A stretch of 32,000 nt of DNA from Candidatus Jordarchaeales archaeon (lineage in GTDB: Archaea > Asgardarchaeota > Jordiarchaeia > Jordiarchaeales > Freyrarchaeaceae), in NCBI GenBank assembly GCA_038858525.1, contig JAWCFL010000011.1:25284-57283 (forward strand). The letters run 5' to 3'. A program made the translations under genes and the position numbers. The notes beneath the pieces were generated by a model. That model saw only the letters and a program-made list of their open reading frames with translations. It had not been told where the DNA came from and did no database searches. Positions 22,827-31,399 of the stretch are shown piece by piece (the first letter of the stretch is position 1; each line of letters begins with the position of its first letter).

Positions 22827-24327
22827 AGTCCAGCTGAGCCACCCAGAAGTCCTTCAAATTAACGATGTACGGTTTTCCGGGTGTTGGTGTTAAGCCCATG
22901 GCTTTCTGATAATCTGTTTGGTCCTGAAATGTCCCTGAGTTTATCACGGTCACACCGCGATAATTTTCTTGCCCATTCACGTGAAGGTGGCCACAATGAA
23001 AAATATCTGGGACCTTCTCGATAACTAAGAGGTCCATTGGTTCAGGGGACAATGGCGTTGAACCATAGACTGGCGCTAAATGTCTTCCTCTAAGAAGCTC
23101 TATCATTGCTTTTTCCGGGTAGTGTGAGTCTATTGATAGAGCTGTCATCACGTCATTCAGCGGGTCTCCATGAAAGCATAACACCTCAACGCCGTGTATT
23201 CTAAAGTATGCTGGGTCTCCAAGCATTTCGACTCCTATTTCGTAAAGTGGTTCACTGTAATCTTTAGGTATGGCTGGCTGGGGTAATGCTTGCCTAGTTG
23301 CATCGTGCCCGCCCGGTATAGCTATAGTCTTAACGTAGTCTGGTACGTTTTCAAGATGCCTCGCTGCTATTTCGTATTGCGCGTAGAGTTCCTCGACGAC
23401 GAGCTCCTTCTCTTGATTCGGGTAGACTCCGACTCCATCCACTATGTCTCCTCCAATTACCAAGTATTTAACTTGTTTTGCCAAGCTTCTGCTTTTCTCG
23501 TCCCCTCTTTTGCCCTGAAGCCATTCTAGGAACCTTGTAAATGGTTTCTCCATGAATTTCTTGCTGCCGAAATGCGTGTCTGAAATGAAGACCGCCATTA
23601 TGGGTTCATCAGCCCTCCTAGGTTTGTGATCGAATGGTATGTCGGGCCAAATGATGTTATCAGCCACAACGAACGCTCCATTACTCCTACCTTCCACGCA
23701 GACTACTTGGTCCAGCATAAGGTGTCGCGCCTTGTCTGTTAAGTTGCTCGGGATTAGAACGCTGACCACACCGTCAAGATCCTCAAGTTCTATGACCATG
23801 GAGCCACTTCGAGCCCTCGAAATTTCCCTGACTAATCCTATTAACTTGACTTCCTCGGCTCTGCCTACTTCACATGTCCTACATATCCCTTTTATGTCCC
23901 CCCTTTTCAGAAAGAGGTTGCTGAGACGCATATATCTATCCTTGAAGTAATTAACAAAGTCGTCTAGGGACCCACTGGTTCCTATCATCTTTGTTGGATC
24001 CATCACCACTTCAAAATCTTCATCTACTTCCCTAGCGGTTAGGGCCGGCTTAGGCTTCAAGCCTGGAGGAATTATACTTTGTGCTTCCTCGCTTTTAGGA
24101 GCTTTTACATTAGTTGCTTCTCGGGGCTCCTCTTTTTCAATTAGCTTCCTAATATCTTCCTCTGTTAGGACAAGTGTTCCCTCTGTGGCCTTAACCTTAC
24201 TTATGACTAAGGAAGCTAAGCTAGGCTCAAGTGCCAATATGACGTCTAGCGCTCTGGGAGTAACTTGCAGTCCGGCTTCAAGCAACTCCTTAACTGTTCT
24301 CTTTGCAACCTGCGATGTCCCTATCAA
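22813..24327 (-). CDS. polB: DNA polymerase D (Pol II) small subunit DP1
   Basis: 504 aa. N-terminal helical domain, OB region, then a calcineurin-like phosphoesterase (FISDTHFGS, VIGGDIVDGVGVYPNQ, IPGGHDA, FHCGHLH). Convergent with cdc6, with a 14-nt overlap. Confidence 0.9.
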   Translation of the reverse strand: MIGTSQVAKRTVKELLEAGLQVTPRALDVILALEPSLASLVISKVKATEGTLVLTEEDIRKLIEKEEPREATNVKAPKSEEAQSIIPPGLKPKPALTAREVDEDFEVVMDPTKMIGTSGSLDDFVNYFKDRYMRLSNLFLKRGDIKGICRTCEVGRAEEVKLIGLVREISRARSGSMVIELEDLDGVVSVLIPSNLTDKARHLMLDQVVCVEGRSNGAFVVADNIIWPDIPFDHKPRRADEPIMAVFISDTHFGSKKFMEKPFTRFLEWLQGKRGDEKSRSLAKQVKYLVIGGDIVDGVGVYPNQEKELVVEELYAQYEIAARHLENVPDYVKTIAIPGGHDATRQALPQPAIPKDYSEPLYEIGVEMLGDPAYFRIHGVEVLCFHGDPLNDVMTALSIDSHYPEKAMIELLRGRHLAPVYGSTPLSPEPMDLLVIEKVPDIFHCGHLHVNGQENYRGVTVINSGTFQDQTDYQKAMGLTPTPGKPYIVNLKDFWVAQLDFTGD

Positions 24328-24799
24328 AGTTTCCGCCCTGCTTATCTCTTAAACCAAAACACACTATAAATTTTTGTGTGATCCGTCTCTTAACTAAAGT
24401 AGAAGTTCACCCTGAGTTTCCGCGTTTTTGTTTTTACCTTTCACTTAAAAGAATAACCATTTATTAATACTTCAAGTTGCGTCGCCTCTTACAAATGACA
24501 AGTAGCTTAAAGATTCCTCATTGTAAGCTCTTTAGCCTAAGACCTAAGACGCATTTGCTCGCTCTTTTTCGAAAAAGCAAATCACTAAACTCTCTCCCAA
24601 CTTCTTCATTTGCAAAGGTTCTCCAACCAATGAGAGGGTTTTGCACATTTTCGTTCTCTTATGACTAATTTTACACATGAATATGCTTCGTTTAAATGAG
24701 ACGGAATTTATTAAATTGAGTCCATAAAAAATATATAGTATTTGTAATTACGTGTTTTTGAATTGAAATCGTTAAAGATCATAGTGGGAGGTTTATTAC

Positions 24800-25780
24800 G
24801 TGTCTAAGATGGAAATTAGGAAGCTTCAGAAAACTGGAGGTAGCACCTTCCTCTTAAGCCTTCCTAAGGGTTGGATTAAGCGTATGGGTCTTAAACAAGG
24901 AGACCTTGTAGCATTAATAGAAAGAGGGGACGGTGCCCTCCTTGTCGATCCTCGCTACTCTGAAAAGGAAAAAGTCAAAATGGCTATTATAGAAATTGAC
25001 GCTAGCCCGAATTTTACAAGAGAAATAACCGCAAACTTCCTTTATGGTTATGACGTTATACGGATCCGCTCGAAGAATGGCATCACGTCCGAGCAGAGAG
25101 ATGCCATTAAGCGCTCGCTTCAACAACTTGTTGGCGTAGAAATAGTTGAGGAAAGCGCTAAGGAGATCACTCTCCAATGCTTACTTTCACCCTCAGCTCT
25201 TTCCCTAAAGAGAACGATAAAGAGAACTTACCTCATAGCTGCTAGAATGCAGGAGGACGCTGTGACCGCTATAAAGGACAAGGACCTTAACTTGGCAGAA
25301 AGTGTTGTGGTGAGAGACGAGGACATTGATAGGCTTTACTTTTTAATGGTCAGGCAGCTTCGCTCAGCGATAATGGAACCCTACTTAGCGGAGAAAATCG
25401 GCATCAGCCCCATAGAATGCTTAGATTACCGTGTCGCAATCAAAAGCATAGAGTCCATGGCAGACTACTCCGTCAAGATAGCCGAGCAAGTCCACCTCAT
25501 ACTTGACGCTAAGATCCCGGAGAACGTTATTGAAAGCATCCTGAAAATAAATCGCATAGCTCATGAAATGCACTCTAACGCCATAGAAGCTCTCGTAAGG
25601 AAGGACGGAGTTTTAGCGTCAAAAACCATCGCGATGAAGCCTCAACGTAACCAAGCCGTAGAGGAAGCTTACAAGGCCCTTGCAAACGAATCAGTAGAAA
25701 TATCTATTCCTCTCAGCACTGTAGTTGACATGCTAGACCGTATATCTGAATGCGGCGTTGACATAGCTGACCTAGCATAA
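24800..25780 (+). CDS. AbrB/SpoVT-domain + tandem PhoU-domain regulator
   Basis: IRKLQKTGGSTFLLSLPKGWIKRMGLKQGDLVAL (SpoVT/AbrB swapped hairpin) is followed by two PhoU-like helical repeats (VVRDEDIDRLYFLMVRQL...; ...AHEMHSNAIEAL). GTG start 7 nt after GGGAGGT. Confidence 0.8.
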   Translation: MSKMEIRKLQKTGGSTFLLSLPKGWIKRMGLKQGDLVALIERGDGALLVDPRYSEKEKVKMAIIEIDASPNFTREITANFLYGYDVIRIRSKNGITSEQRDAIKRSLQQLVGVEIVEESAKEITLQCLLSPSALSLKRTIKRTYLIAARMQEDAVTAIKDKDLNLAESVVVRDEDIDRLYFLMVRQLRSAIMEPYLAEKIGISPIECLDYRVAIKSIESMADYSVKIAEQVHLILDAKIPENVIESILKINRIAHEMHSNAIEALVRKDGVLASKTIAMKPQRNQAVEEAYKALANESVEISIPLSTVVDMLDRISECGVDIADLA

Positions 25781-25831
25781 GCTCAAAAAGACCATTAACT
25801 ATTATGTTTTGAGCATAAGGAGGGATGTCTC

Positions 25832-26695
25832 ATGAAGTCGATAGATGAAATGGCTCGTGAAATACAGTCTCGCTTCAAAATCGTTGGTAGGCTAGAGGAG
25901 CTAAAGAAGGCACTAGCCGCTAAACTAGCGTCCCGCCACCTTCTAATAGAAGGGGAAGTGGGTGTTGGAAAGACGACACTGGCGGACGCAATAGCGAGAT
26001 ACTTTAACCAGCCAATGTTCCGAGTTGACGGCGATGAACGTTACACGGAGGCTAAATTAACAGGGTGGTTTGATCCTCCAGCAGTAATGAAGTACGGCTA
26101 CACGAAGGACGCTTTTGTTCCGGGGCCCCTTACTCTCGCCATGCTTGAAGGCGGCATTCTATTCGTAAACGAAATAAACCGTTTAAGTGAGTCTACGCAG
26201 AATGTTTTCCTTCCTGTTATGGATGAAGGCAAATTGGGGATCCCGAAGATAGGCGAGATCACAGCGAAGGACGGATTCTTCATCATAGCCACGCAGAACC
26301 CTCTTGAGCATGTTGGTGTAACCGCTTTAGGTGAAGCATTAAGAGACCGTTTCTGCTGGATACGAATCGACTACCAGAGTGAAGAAGAAGAAAGAGAAAT
26401 AGTGGCACTCAAATCCGGCTGCTCCAACCCTGATATAATACGGTTGGCAGTAAAAATAGTGAGAGCAACCCGCACACATGAGGATCTGCGGAGGGGGGCG
26501 TCAGTTAGAGGCGCTATCGACATTGCGCGTCTCCTATCTCACTACAACGGCACCCAGGTGACTTCGAAGGACTTGTGGGTTCAAGTTGCAGTAATGGCTC
26601 TTGGCACACGTGTCGAACTCGAGGACGGTGTCGGCAAGACGGTTGAAGAAGTCATAAGGGAAATTGTAGACGAATGCTTTGAGGATTTTCGGTAA
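25832..26695 (+). CDS. MoxR/NorQ/CbbQ-like AAA+ ATPase (AAA_5)
   Basis: 287 aa. Walker A LIEGEVGVGKTTLA, Walker B ILFVNEINR, ATQNP and LRDRF. Confidence 0.85.
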   Translation: MKSIDEMAREIQSRFKIVGRLEELKKALAAKLASRHLLIEGEVGVGKTTLADAIARYFNQPMFRVDGDERYTEAKLTGWFDPPAVMKYGYTKDAFVPGPLTLAMLEGGILFVNEINRLSESTQNVFLPVMDEGKLGIPKIGEITAKDGFFIIATQNPLEHVGVTALGEALRDRFCWIRIDYQSEEEEREIVALKSGCSNPDIIRLAVKIVRATRTHEDLRRGASVRGAIDIARLLSHYNGTQVTSKDLWVQVAVMALGTRVELEDGVGKTVEEVIREIVDECFEDFR

Positions 26696-26853
26696 GAGAG
26701 GAGGCCCAGCCCTCCGATGAGACTAAACGCATAAATCCCTTCTCGGCTTTCGACCTCCTCCTAGAGGAAATCTCCCTGGGCTCAGCACCTCCTTACGTTT
26801 ACACAGACCTCGCAAGAAACCTTGACTATGCCTCCATAAAAAGAGCCGCCGAA

Positions 26854-27765
26854 ATGGCGTTAAAATGTGGAAACCTTTCAGCCATCAAGGGCCTCTCAAA
26901 AGTGAACCCTGTCGCCGTCTCTGACGTCTTCTCATGTCCTGACGCAGCTCTCCTGGTTGCTAGGCGCCTATCCCGCGGCGACGTCCAAAGCCCTGTAGAA
27001 CTTTACGTTCTGTTGCGTGGCAATCTTCGCTACAAGTATAGGCAAATTTTCAGAAGACTGGCGAAGATGGCGGTTCTCAAAACGTCCCTCAGGATCAGCG
27101 GGCGCGGACTTAAAGGGCCATTAAGAAGAAGGGTGCCTTATTACCCTGGATTAATGGAGTTCGATGATGAGTCGATGATTGAATCCTTTTTGGAGAAAGG
27201 ATACCTCTCATACGAGGATGTAGTTGGACTGGAGTCCCGCTCGCAAGCTAAATCTAGCGTGCTTCTCTTCGACTCCAGTGGAAGCATGACCGAAGAGAAA
27301 CTTTTCAACGCGGCTCTTTCGACAGCAGTCTTAGCTTATCATATGCGAAACGAGGATTACGCGGTTATAGGGTTTGGAACCCGTGCCTTCACCCTTAAAA
27401 AAATCGGTGAGAGAAAGGACATAGGTAAAGTGGTTGAGGAAATACTAGACATAATTTCTATAGGTTACTCAAATATAAGCGACGCACTCTCGGTTGGGCT
27501 AAAAGAGCTTTCCAAAGTAAAGCATAAAGGAAAACGCTGGGGAGTTCTAATAACGGACGGTGAGTGGAATGTGGGAGGAGACCCCACGCCGTTGGCAGCC
27601 AAGTTTCCAACCCTTCATGTTATAGCAACTCCAAGCAAGGGTAAAATAGCGGAACATGGCTTGAAAACATGTAAAGAGCTGGCCAGCGCGGGCAGAGGGC
27701 GCTTTATGGTTGTAAAAAACTTCTCAGAAATTCCCCGCCTACTCATAAAGCTACTTCTATCATGA
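26854..27765 (+). CDS. von Willebrand factor A (vWA) domain protein, partner of the MoxR-like ATPase; 5' end uncertain
   Basis: MIDAS motif LLFDSSGSM, plus ...ITDGEWN.... The same frame is open for 57 more codons upstream with no ATG/GTG/TTG (see finding). Confidence 0.75.
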   Translation: MALKCGNLSAIKGLSKVNPVAVSDVFSCPDAALLVARRLSRGDVQSPVELYVLLRGNLRYKYRQIFRRLAKMAVLKTSLRISGRGLKGPLRRRVPYYPGLMEFDDESMIESFLEKGYLSYEDVVGLESRSQAKSSVLLFDSSGSMTEEKLFNAALSTAVLAYHMRNEDYAVIGFGTRAFTLKKIGERKDIGKVVEEILDIISIGYSNISDALSVGLKELSKVKHKGKRWGVLITDGEWNVGGDPTPLAAKFPTLHVIATPSKGKIAEHGLKTCKELASAGRGRFMVVKNFSEIPRLLIKLLLS

Positions 27766-27783
27766 ACGCTGGCTGCCTCCCTT

Positions 27784-28677
27784 TTATTTCTCTGATGCAA
27801 ACCTCCAAAACTCCTCTACCGCTGCGGACATCTTCCTTCTTTTGTCTCTAACAAGATACAGCACACGCTCGACGTCCCACCCTTCCACCTCAATGATCTT
27901 GACCAGTCCAGCGGCCTCTGCCTTCCTGGCAGCAGTCTCAGACAAAACGGTTATCCCAAGCCCCACAGACACCGCGTTTATCACCGCTTCCGTGCTGCCA
28001 GCTTCCAGTGATATCTTCACCTTGTCAAGAGGAACTCCCAGCTGCATGAAAGCTCTTTCTGCCTCAATTCTGGTTCCCGATGTTTTTCCCCTAAACACAA
28101 ATGGGTAACGTAAGCAATCCTCCAATGTAACTTTCTTTTTCATCGCAAGCTCATGGTTAACTGGACATATGAAAACAAGTCTTTCTCTTCCGATAGGCGT
28201 TACCTCTATCTCCTTAGCACTCGCCTCCATAAGGCTTCCCACAGCTGCTAGGTCAGCCTCTCCCCTAAGTAGCTTCTTTAAGGCTCCACCAGTATCTAAC
28301 ACCTCGATCTCAAAACTGATCTTCGGATTCTTTTCTTTGAATCGAGCCACTAATTCAGGAAGAATGTGCTCCCCTGGAATAGTGCTCGCTACAAGTATTA
28401 TTTTTTCCTCCCCCTCTCCCTCCATCTTTCTTAGCTCCTCCTTAATCTTCTCTACTAGTTCTAGAATCTCCTTAGCTCTCTTCAGCAGTGCTTCACCTTC
28501 CTTGGTTAACCTTACTGTTCTCCTACTCCTATCAAAAAGAGTTACACCAAAAAATTTCTCGAGCGCAGCTATGTGATTGCTTACTGTGGCTTGGGTCACT
28601 CCCAGCTCTCTAGCAGCCCTAAGGAACCCGCCCTTCTCCACAACCTCAACAAACGTTCTAAAGTACTCTATCCTCAT
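27784..28677 (-). CDS. LysR-family transcriptional regulator
   Basis: 297 aa. MRIEYFRTFVEVVEKGGFLRAARELGVTQATVSNHIAALEKFFGVTLFDRSRRTVRLTKEG is the canonical LysR HTH, followed by a periplasmic-binding-like effector domain. Confidence 0.9.
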   Translation of the reverse strand: MRIEYFRTFVEVVEKGGFLRAARELGVTQATVSNHIAALEKFFGVTLFDRSRRTVRLTKEGEALLKRAKEILELVEKIKEELRKMEGEGEEKIILVASTIPGEHILPELVARFKEKNPKISFEIEVLDTGGALKKLLRGEADLAAVGSLMEASAKEIEVTPIGRERLVFICPVNHELAMKKKVTLEDCLRYPFVFRGKTSGTRIEAERAFMQLGVPLDKVKISLEAGSTEAVINAVSVGLGITVLSETAARKAEAAGLVKIIEVEGWDVERVLYLVRDKRRKMSAAVEEFWRFASEK

Positions 28678-28846
28678 CCGTCACCCCTCTCTTTTTCCAG
28701 TATTTCCCAATGTACCATAAAAAATTTTTGATAAATGACACATATAAGATAACGTTTTGATCAATAAAACAAATTATCTTTTAGAATTTATAAAGATAAG
28801 TCCCCCGACACTCTATTAAAAACAAACTGAGAACGAAACTATAAAA

Positions 28847-29000
28847 TGGTGCGGGGGGTGGGATTTGTTCCCGCAGCAACGGATTGAACCCACGAACGCC
28901 TACGCCCACCTGGACTGCGCGACAGGATTCTGAGTCCTGCCCCTATAGCCGCTTAAACTTTGACTTAGCCTGCAGGCGCATCTGGCTTGGGTACCCCCGC
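28847..29000 (-). tRNA. tRNA-Leu (anticodon CAG) with encoded CCA and at least two non-canonical introns
   Basis: Read on the minus strand: acceptor GCGGGGG/CCCCCGC (7 bp), discriminator A plus CCA. The anticodon arm is CAGGA-CTCAGAA-TCCTG and the T-stem is GTGGG/CCCAC. The T-loop is interrupted (TTCAA[~19 nt]AAT) and the D-arm region is about 33 nt too long. Total 154 nt. Confidence 0.8.
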
Positions 29001-29050
29001 ATCTACCGCCAATCACCTTCATTATGGCTTCCTCAAAAATTTTTTGATTT

Positions 29051-30451
29051 TTAACTCTTAATGTTTGCAACAGTTTTCTCCGCGATGAGCTCCGCGACTC
29101 GTTCAGCTTTCCGTTTAAGCTTTTCTGTTATGTACCCTTTAATGAATGCTTCTTCGAGAGCGTTTTTGTCTATTATTTTTACGGTTCCGTTAGGGAATTG
29201 TATGACGTCAATCTCCAAGTCTATATATCTGATCCTATTGGGATATAGCTCTATGGGTGTGTTTATGTTGTAGAATGTTCCTTTAAGTTCTCCTTTTTTA
29301 GAGTAGTATTCCGTTTTGAATGTCCATTCCCCAACTTTTACTTGAGTTATGCCGTAGTCTCCGGCTTCCTTTGGTATGTTTAAGCCGTCGTAGTATCCCC
29401 CCGCCGTAAAACTTCTCTTTATGATCATCTCTTGATGGTCTCTCTTTTGAAGGAGCTTTCCATGAAGGAGTATTACTTTTCCATTGAGTTTCACGTGTTC
29501 AAAGCGTACTTCATCGTTTTTGAAGGCGTTATCAATGACCATTTTTTGGAGTAATTGGCTTGCTTCTTCGCGTAGTTCTGGATGTCTTGAAATGAGTTCC
29601 TCTGCGAAGTCTACTATCTGTGCCACATCACTTCCTAACGCCTTATAGTAATGGTGCCCATTTATTGTCGGAGCGACTCTCTCCCTTATGTTGTCTAGCT
29701 GTCTTTTGATACTCGCTGGAAACTCAGCGATCACAGTTTCATCACCCTCCCTTACTAGTGTTGGCTCATCTAAATCCGCTGAGATGTCTAAAATCCTCCT
29801 CATTTCCTCTTCTAGCTCCTCTATTTCTTTTGCGATTAGTGAGAGGTCTGCTTTTCCCGCCGCCGTCCTAAATATTACCCCCATGCCTGCCGGCTTCATC
29901 TTATTGCCAAGATGGTAGAGGATGTCACGTACCTCTCTATTTCTGATTTTGTTACTTATGCCAATATGCCCACCGAAAGTTAAGACCACATATTTCCCTG
30001 CGATTGCTATTTCTCCGGTTGCTTGCGGTCTAGGGTCAACTTCATACACTCTCAGGAGCTGTACTTCCCCTTCTTCTCTAGCTTTTTCATTTACGGGAAC
30101 TTTTAGACACCCGATATCCGCTATTGCTTTTTCATCGTACTTTTTGATTATGCGTCCTACATAAATGGCGTTTAAGTTAGCTTCTGCTTTACGGATAATC
30201 ACATCTTCCAGCCCTTCTCTAATAACACTGACTACTTTTCCCAACGGTTCCCTTTCACCAGTTATAATTACTCCCTGCCTGTTCTTCGTGTCATAAACCT
30301 CTACATTTGGAGGGTTCATTGTTCTTTCAATTTTTAGTCTTTCAGCCAGTATAGCTGAACTTTGAGTTATTGAGAAGCCATGTTCTAGGAAAAGTTTGGA
30401 AAGTGCTGTAGCGTATATCCCTCTGACTCTAATTTGTATCTCTTCTCCCAA
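29051..30451 (-). CDS. fau-1: FAU-1 / RNA-binding protein AU-1 (RNase E/G-like, DUF402-containing)
   Basis: 466 aa. IRVRGIYATALSKLFLEHGFSITQSSAILAERL matches the FAU-1 N-terminus, and size and C-terminal domain are consistent. TTG start after GAGGTG. Confidence 0.75.
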   Translation of the reverse strand: MGEEIQIRVRGIYATALSKLFLEHGFSITQSSAILAERLKIERTMNPPNVEVYDTKNRQGVIITGEREPLGKVVSVIREGLEDVIIRKAEANLNAIYVGRIIKKYDEKAIADIGCLKVPVNEKAREEGEVQLLRVYEVDPRPQATGEIAIAGKYVVLTFGGHIGISNKIRNREVRDILYHLGNKMKPAGMGVIFRTAAGKADLSLIAKEIEELEEEMRRILDISADLDEPTLVREGDETVIAEFPASIKRQLDNIRERVAPTINGHHYYKALGSDVAQIVDFAEELISRHPELREEASQLLQKMVIDNAFKNDEVRFEHVKLNGKVILLHGKLLQKRDHQEMIIKRSFTAGGYYDGLNIPKEAGDYGITQVKVGEWTFKTEYYSKKGELKGTFYNINTPIELYPNRIRYIDLEIDVIQFPNGTVKIIDKNALEEAFIKGYITEKLKRKAERVAELIAEKTVANIKS

Positions 30452-30547
30452 TCAGGATACACCTCTACTCTTCAATCCGCCTCTTGATAACGAGAGAAAA
30501 TAAATGAAGTGTTCTGCTTGACCTCTCGTTTTCACGTAATTTTATAC

Positions 30548-30811
30548 TTACTCGTCCCTTACAGTTTCTAAGATTGATACGGCGCTCCATATTTTCGTTC
30601 TGCTGTGTAAGGGGCAGTTTGGGTCTTGTGAGACCTCTTCAAGTATTGATATGGCGTTTGAAGCTTTAACGGCAGGAGTATACTTTCCCTCTTTAAGAGC
30701 CTCTATTGCCTCACTTGCCGCTCTCCTAATATTTCTCGGAGTAGTCGTATCCTCTGATATCTGCTTTAAAATTGCTATCGCCTGATTCATTTTCTCGATA
30801 GAATCACTCAA
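30548..30811 (-). CDS. UPF0147-family small helical protein
   Basis: 87 aa. ...ISEDTTTPRNIRRAASEAIEALK...ILEEVSQDPNCPLHSRTKIW is the two-repeat pattern of archaeal UPF0147 proteins. Confidence 0.65.
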   Translation of the reverse strand: MSDSIEKMNQAIAILKQISEDTTTPRNIRRAASEAIEALKEGKYTPAVKASNAISILEEVSQDPNCPLHSRTKIWSAVSILETVRDE

Positions 30812-31048
30812 CGTATAACCCTCCCTGCACTTAATTGCAGGCTATGCATTCCTTCCTTTAAAACGGAACTCTTCTACGTGTTTTCTTATTCCTCACCTAT
30901 CTCAATTAAAGTGTGGACTATTTTTGTCTTACGCTACAATCTGCCTTAAACTAGTCTTCTTCCCTAAAAAGCACTTACCTTTGAAAAACGTTTATTTTTT
31001 ATTAAGAGCTCCGTAGTATCTGGGAGTATCTAACAAATTATTGTCTCG

Positions 31049-31399
31049 GTGGTTTTCTTGGAGTCTGAAGATTTGCAGAAAATGGTTGACATGTTACGAC
31101 GTGGCGCGACGTTGCTTTCTAAGTCGTGTCCCGTATGTAACTCCCCCCTATTTAAGGTGGACGGGAAAATATGGTGTCCAACATGTGAAAAGCAAGTTGT
31201 TGTGATAAGAGAGGGAGAGCCGCCTCCCCCAGAGTTAAGTAGCTTGCTACTCGCCAGCTTGGCAAATGCAATCTATGAGAAGCTCAGAGGAGTAGAAGCA
31301 CGCATCAGGGAAGCTAGAGACGCTGATGAGCTACAAGAGTCATTAAGACTTGCTGTTGGACTACTAGAAGTTTTAGAGCGAATAAAACGCTTAACTTAA
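31049..31399 (+). CDS. UPF0148 / Sjogren-scleroderma autoantigen p27-like zinc-ribbon protein
   Basis: 116 aa. MLRRGATLLSKSCPVCNSPLFKVDGKIWCPTCEKQV. The start is uncertain: GTG 31049 has no SD, and internal ATGs are possible. Confidence 0.65.
   Translation: MVFLESEDLQKMVDMLRRGATLLSKSCPVCNSPLFKVDGKIWCPTCEKQVVVIREGEPPPPELSSLLLASLANAIYEKLRGVEARIREARDADELQESLRLAVGLLEVLERIKRLT

Noticed and set aside
24477-24668. A 63-aa ORF in the PolD / PhoU-like intergenic region.
   Set aside because: It has no SD, a low-complexity Ser/Leu/Lys translation and no recognisable motif.
26681-26695. A -1 slip on the T-run GATTTTC at the end of the MoxR-like gene that would fuse MoxR to the vWA frame.
   Set aside because: It is mechanically conceivable, since tRNA-Phe could re-pair on TTTT. 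However, the strong SD plus ATG 26717 immediately downstream gives a simpler explanation, namely a separate vWA gene with an early frame problem. There is no stimulatory structure evident by eye.
27275-27285. TCCAGTGGAAG, an exact match to the ORB dyad core, inside the vWA gene.
   Set aside because: It encodes the MIDAS residues (D)SSGS(M) in frame. It is isolated, has no G-string and is far from the origin, so it is a coincidental match.
28719-29054. AAAAATTTTTGAT-like sequences on both sides of the tRNA gene (about 28722-28742 and 29033-29054) considered as att-site direct repeats.
   Set aside because: They are short, AT-only, low-complexity and imperfect. They are better explained as BRE/TATA-like promoter or terminator sequence for the tRNA and LysR genes.
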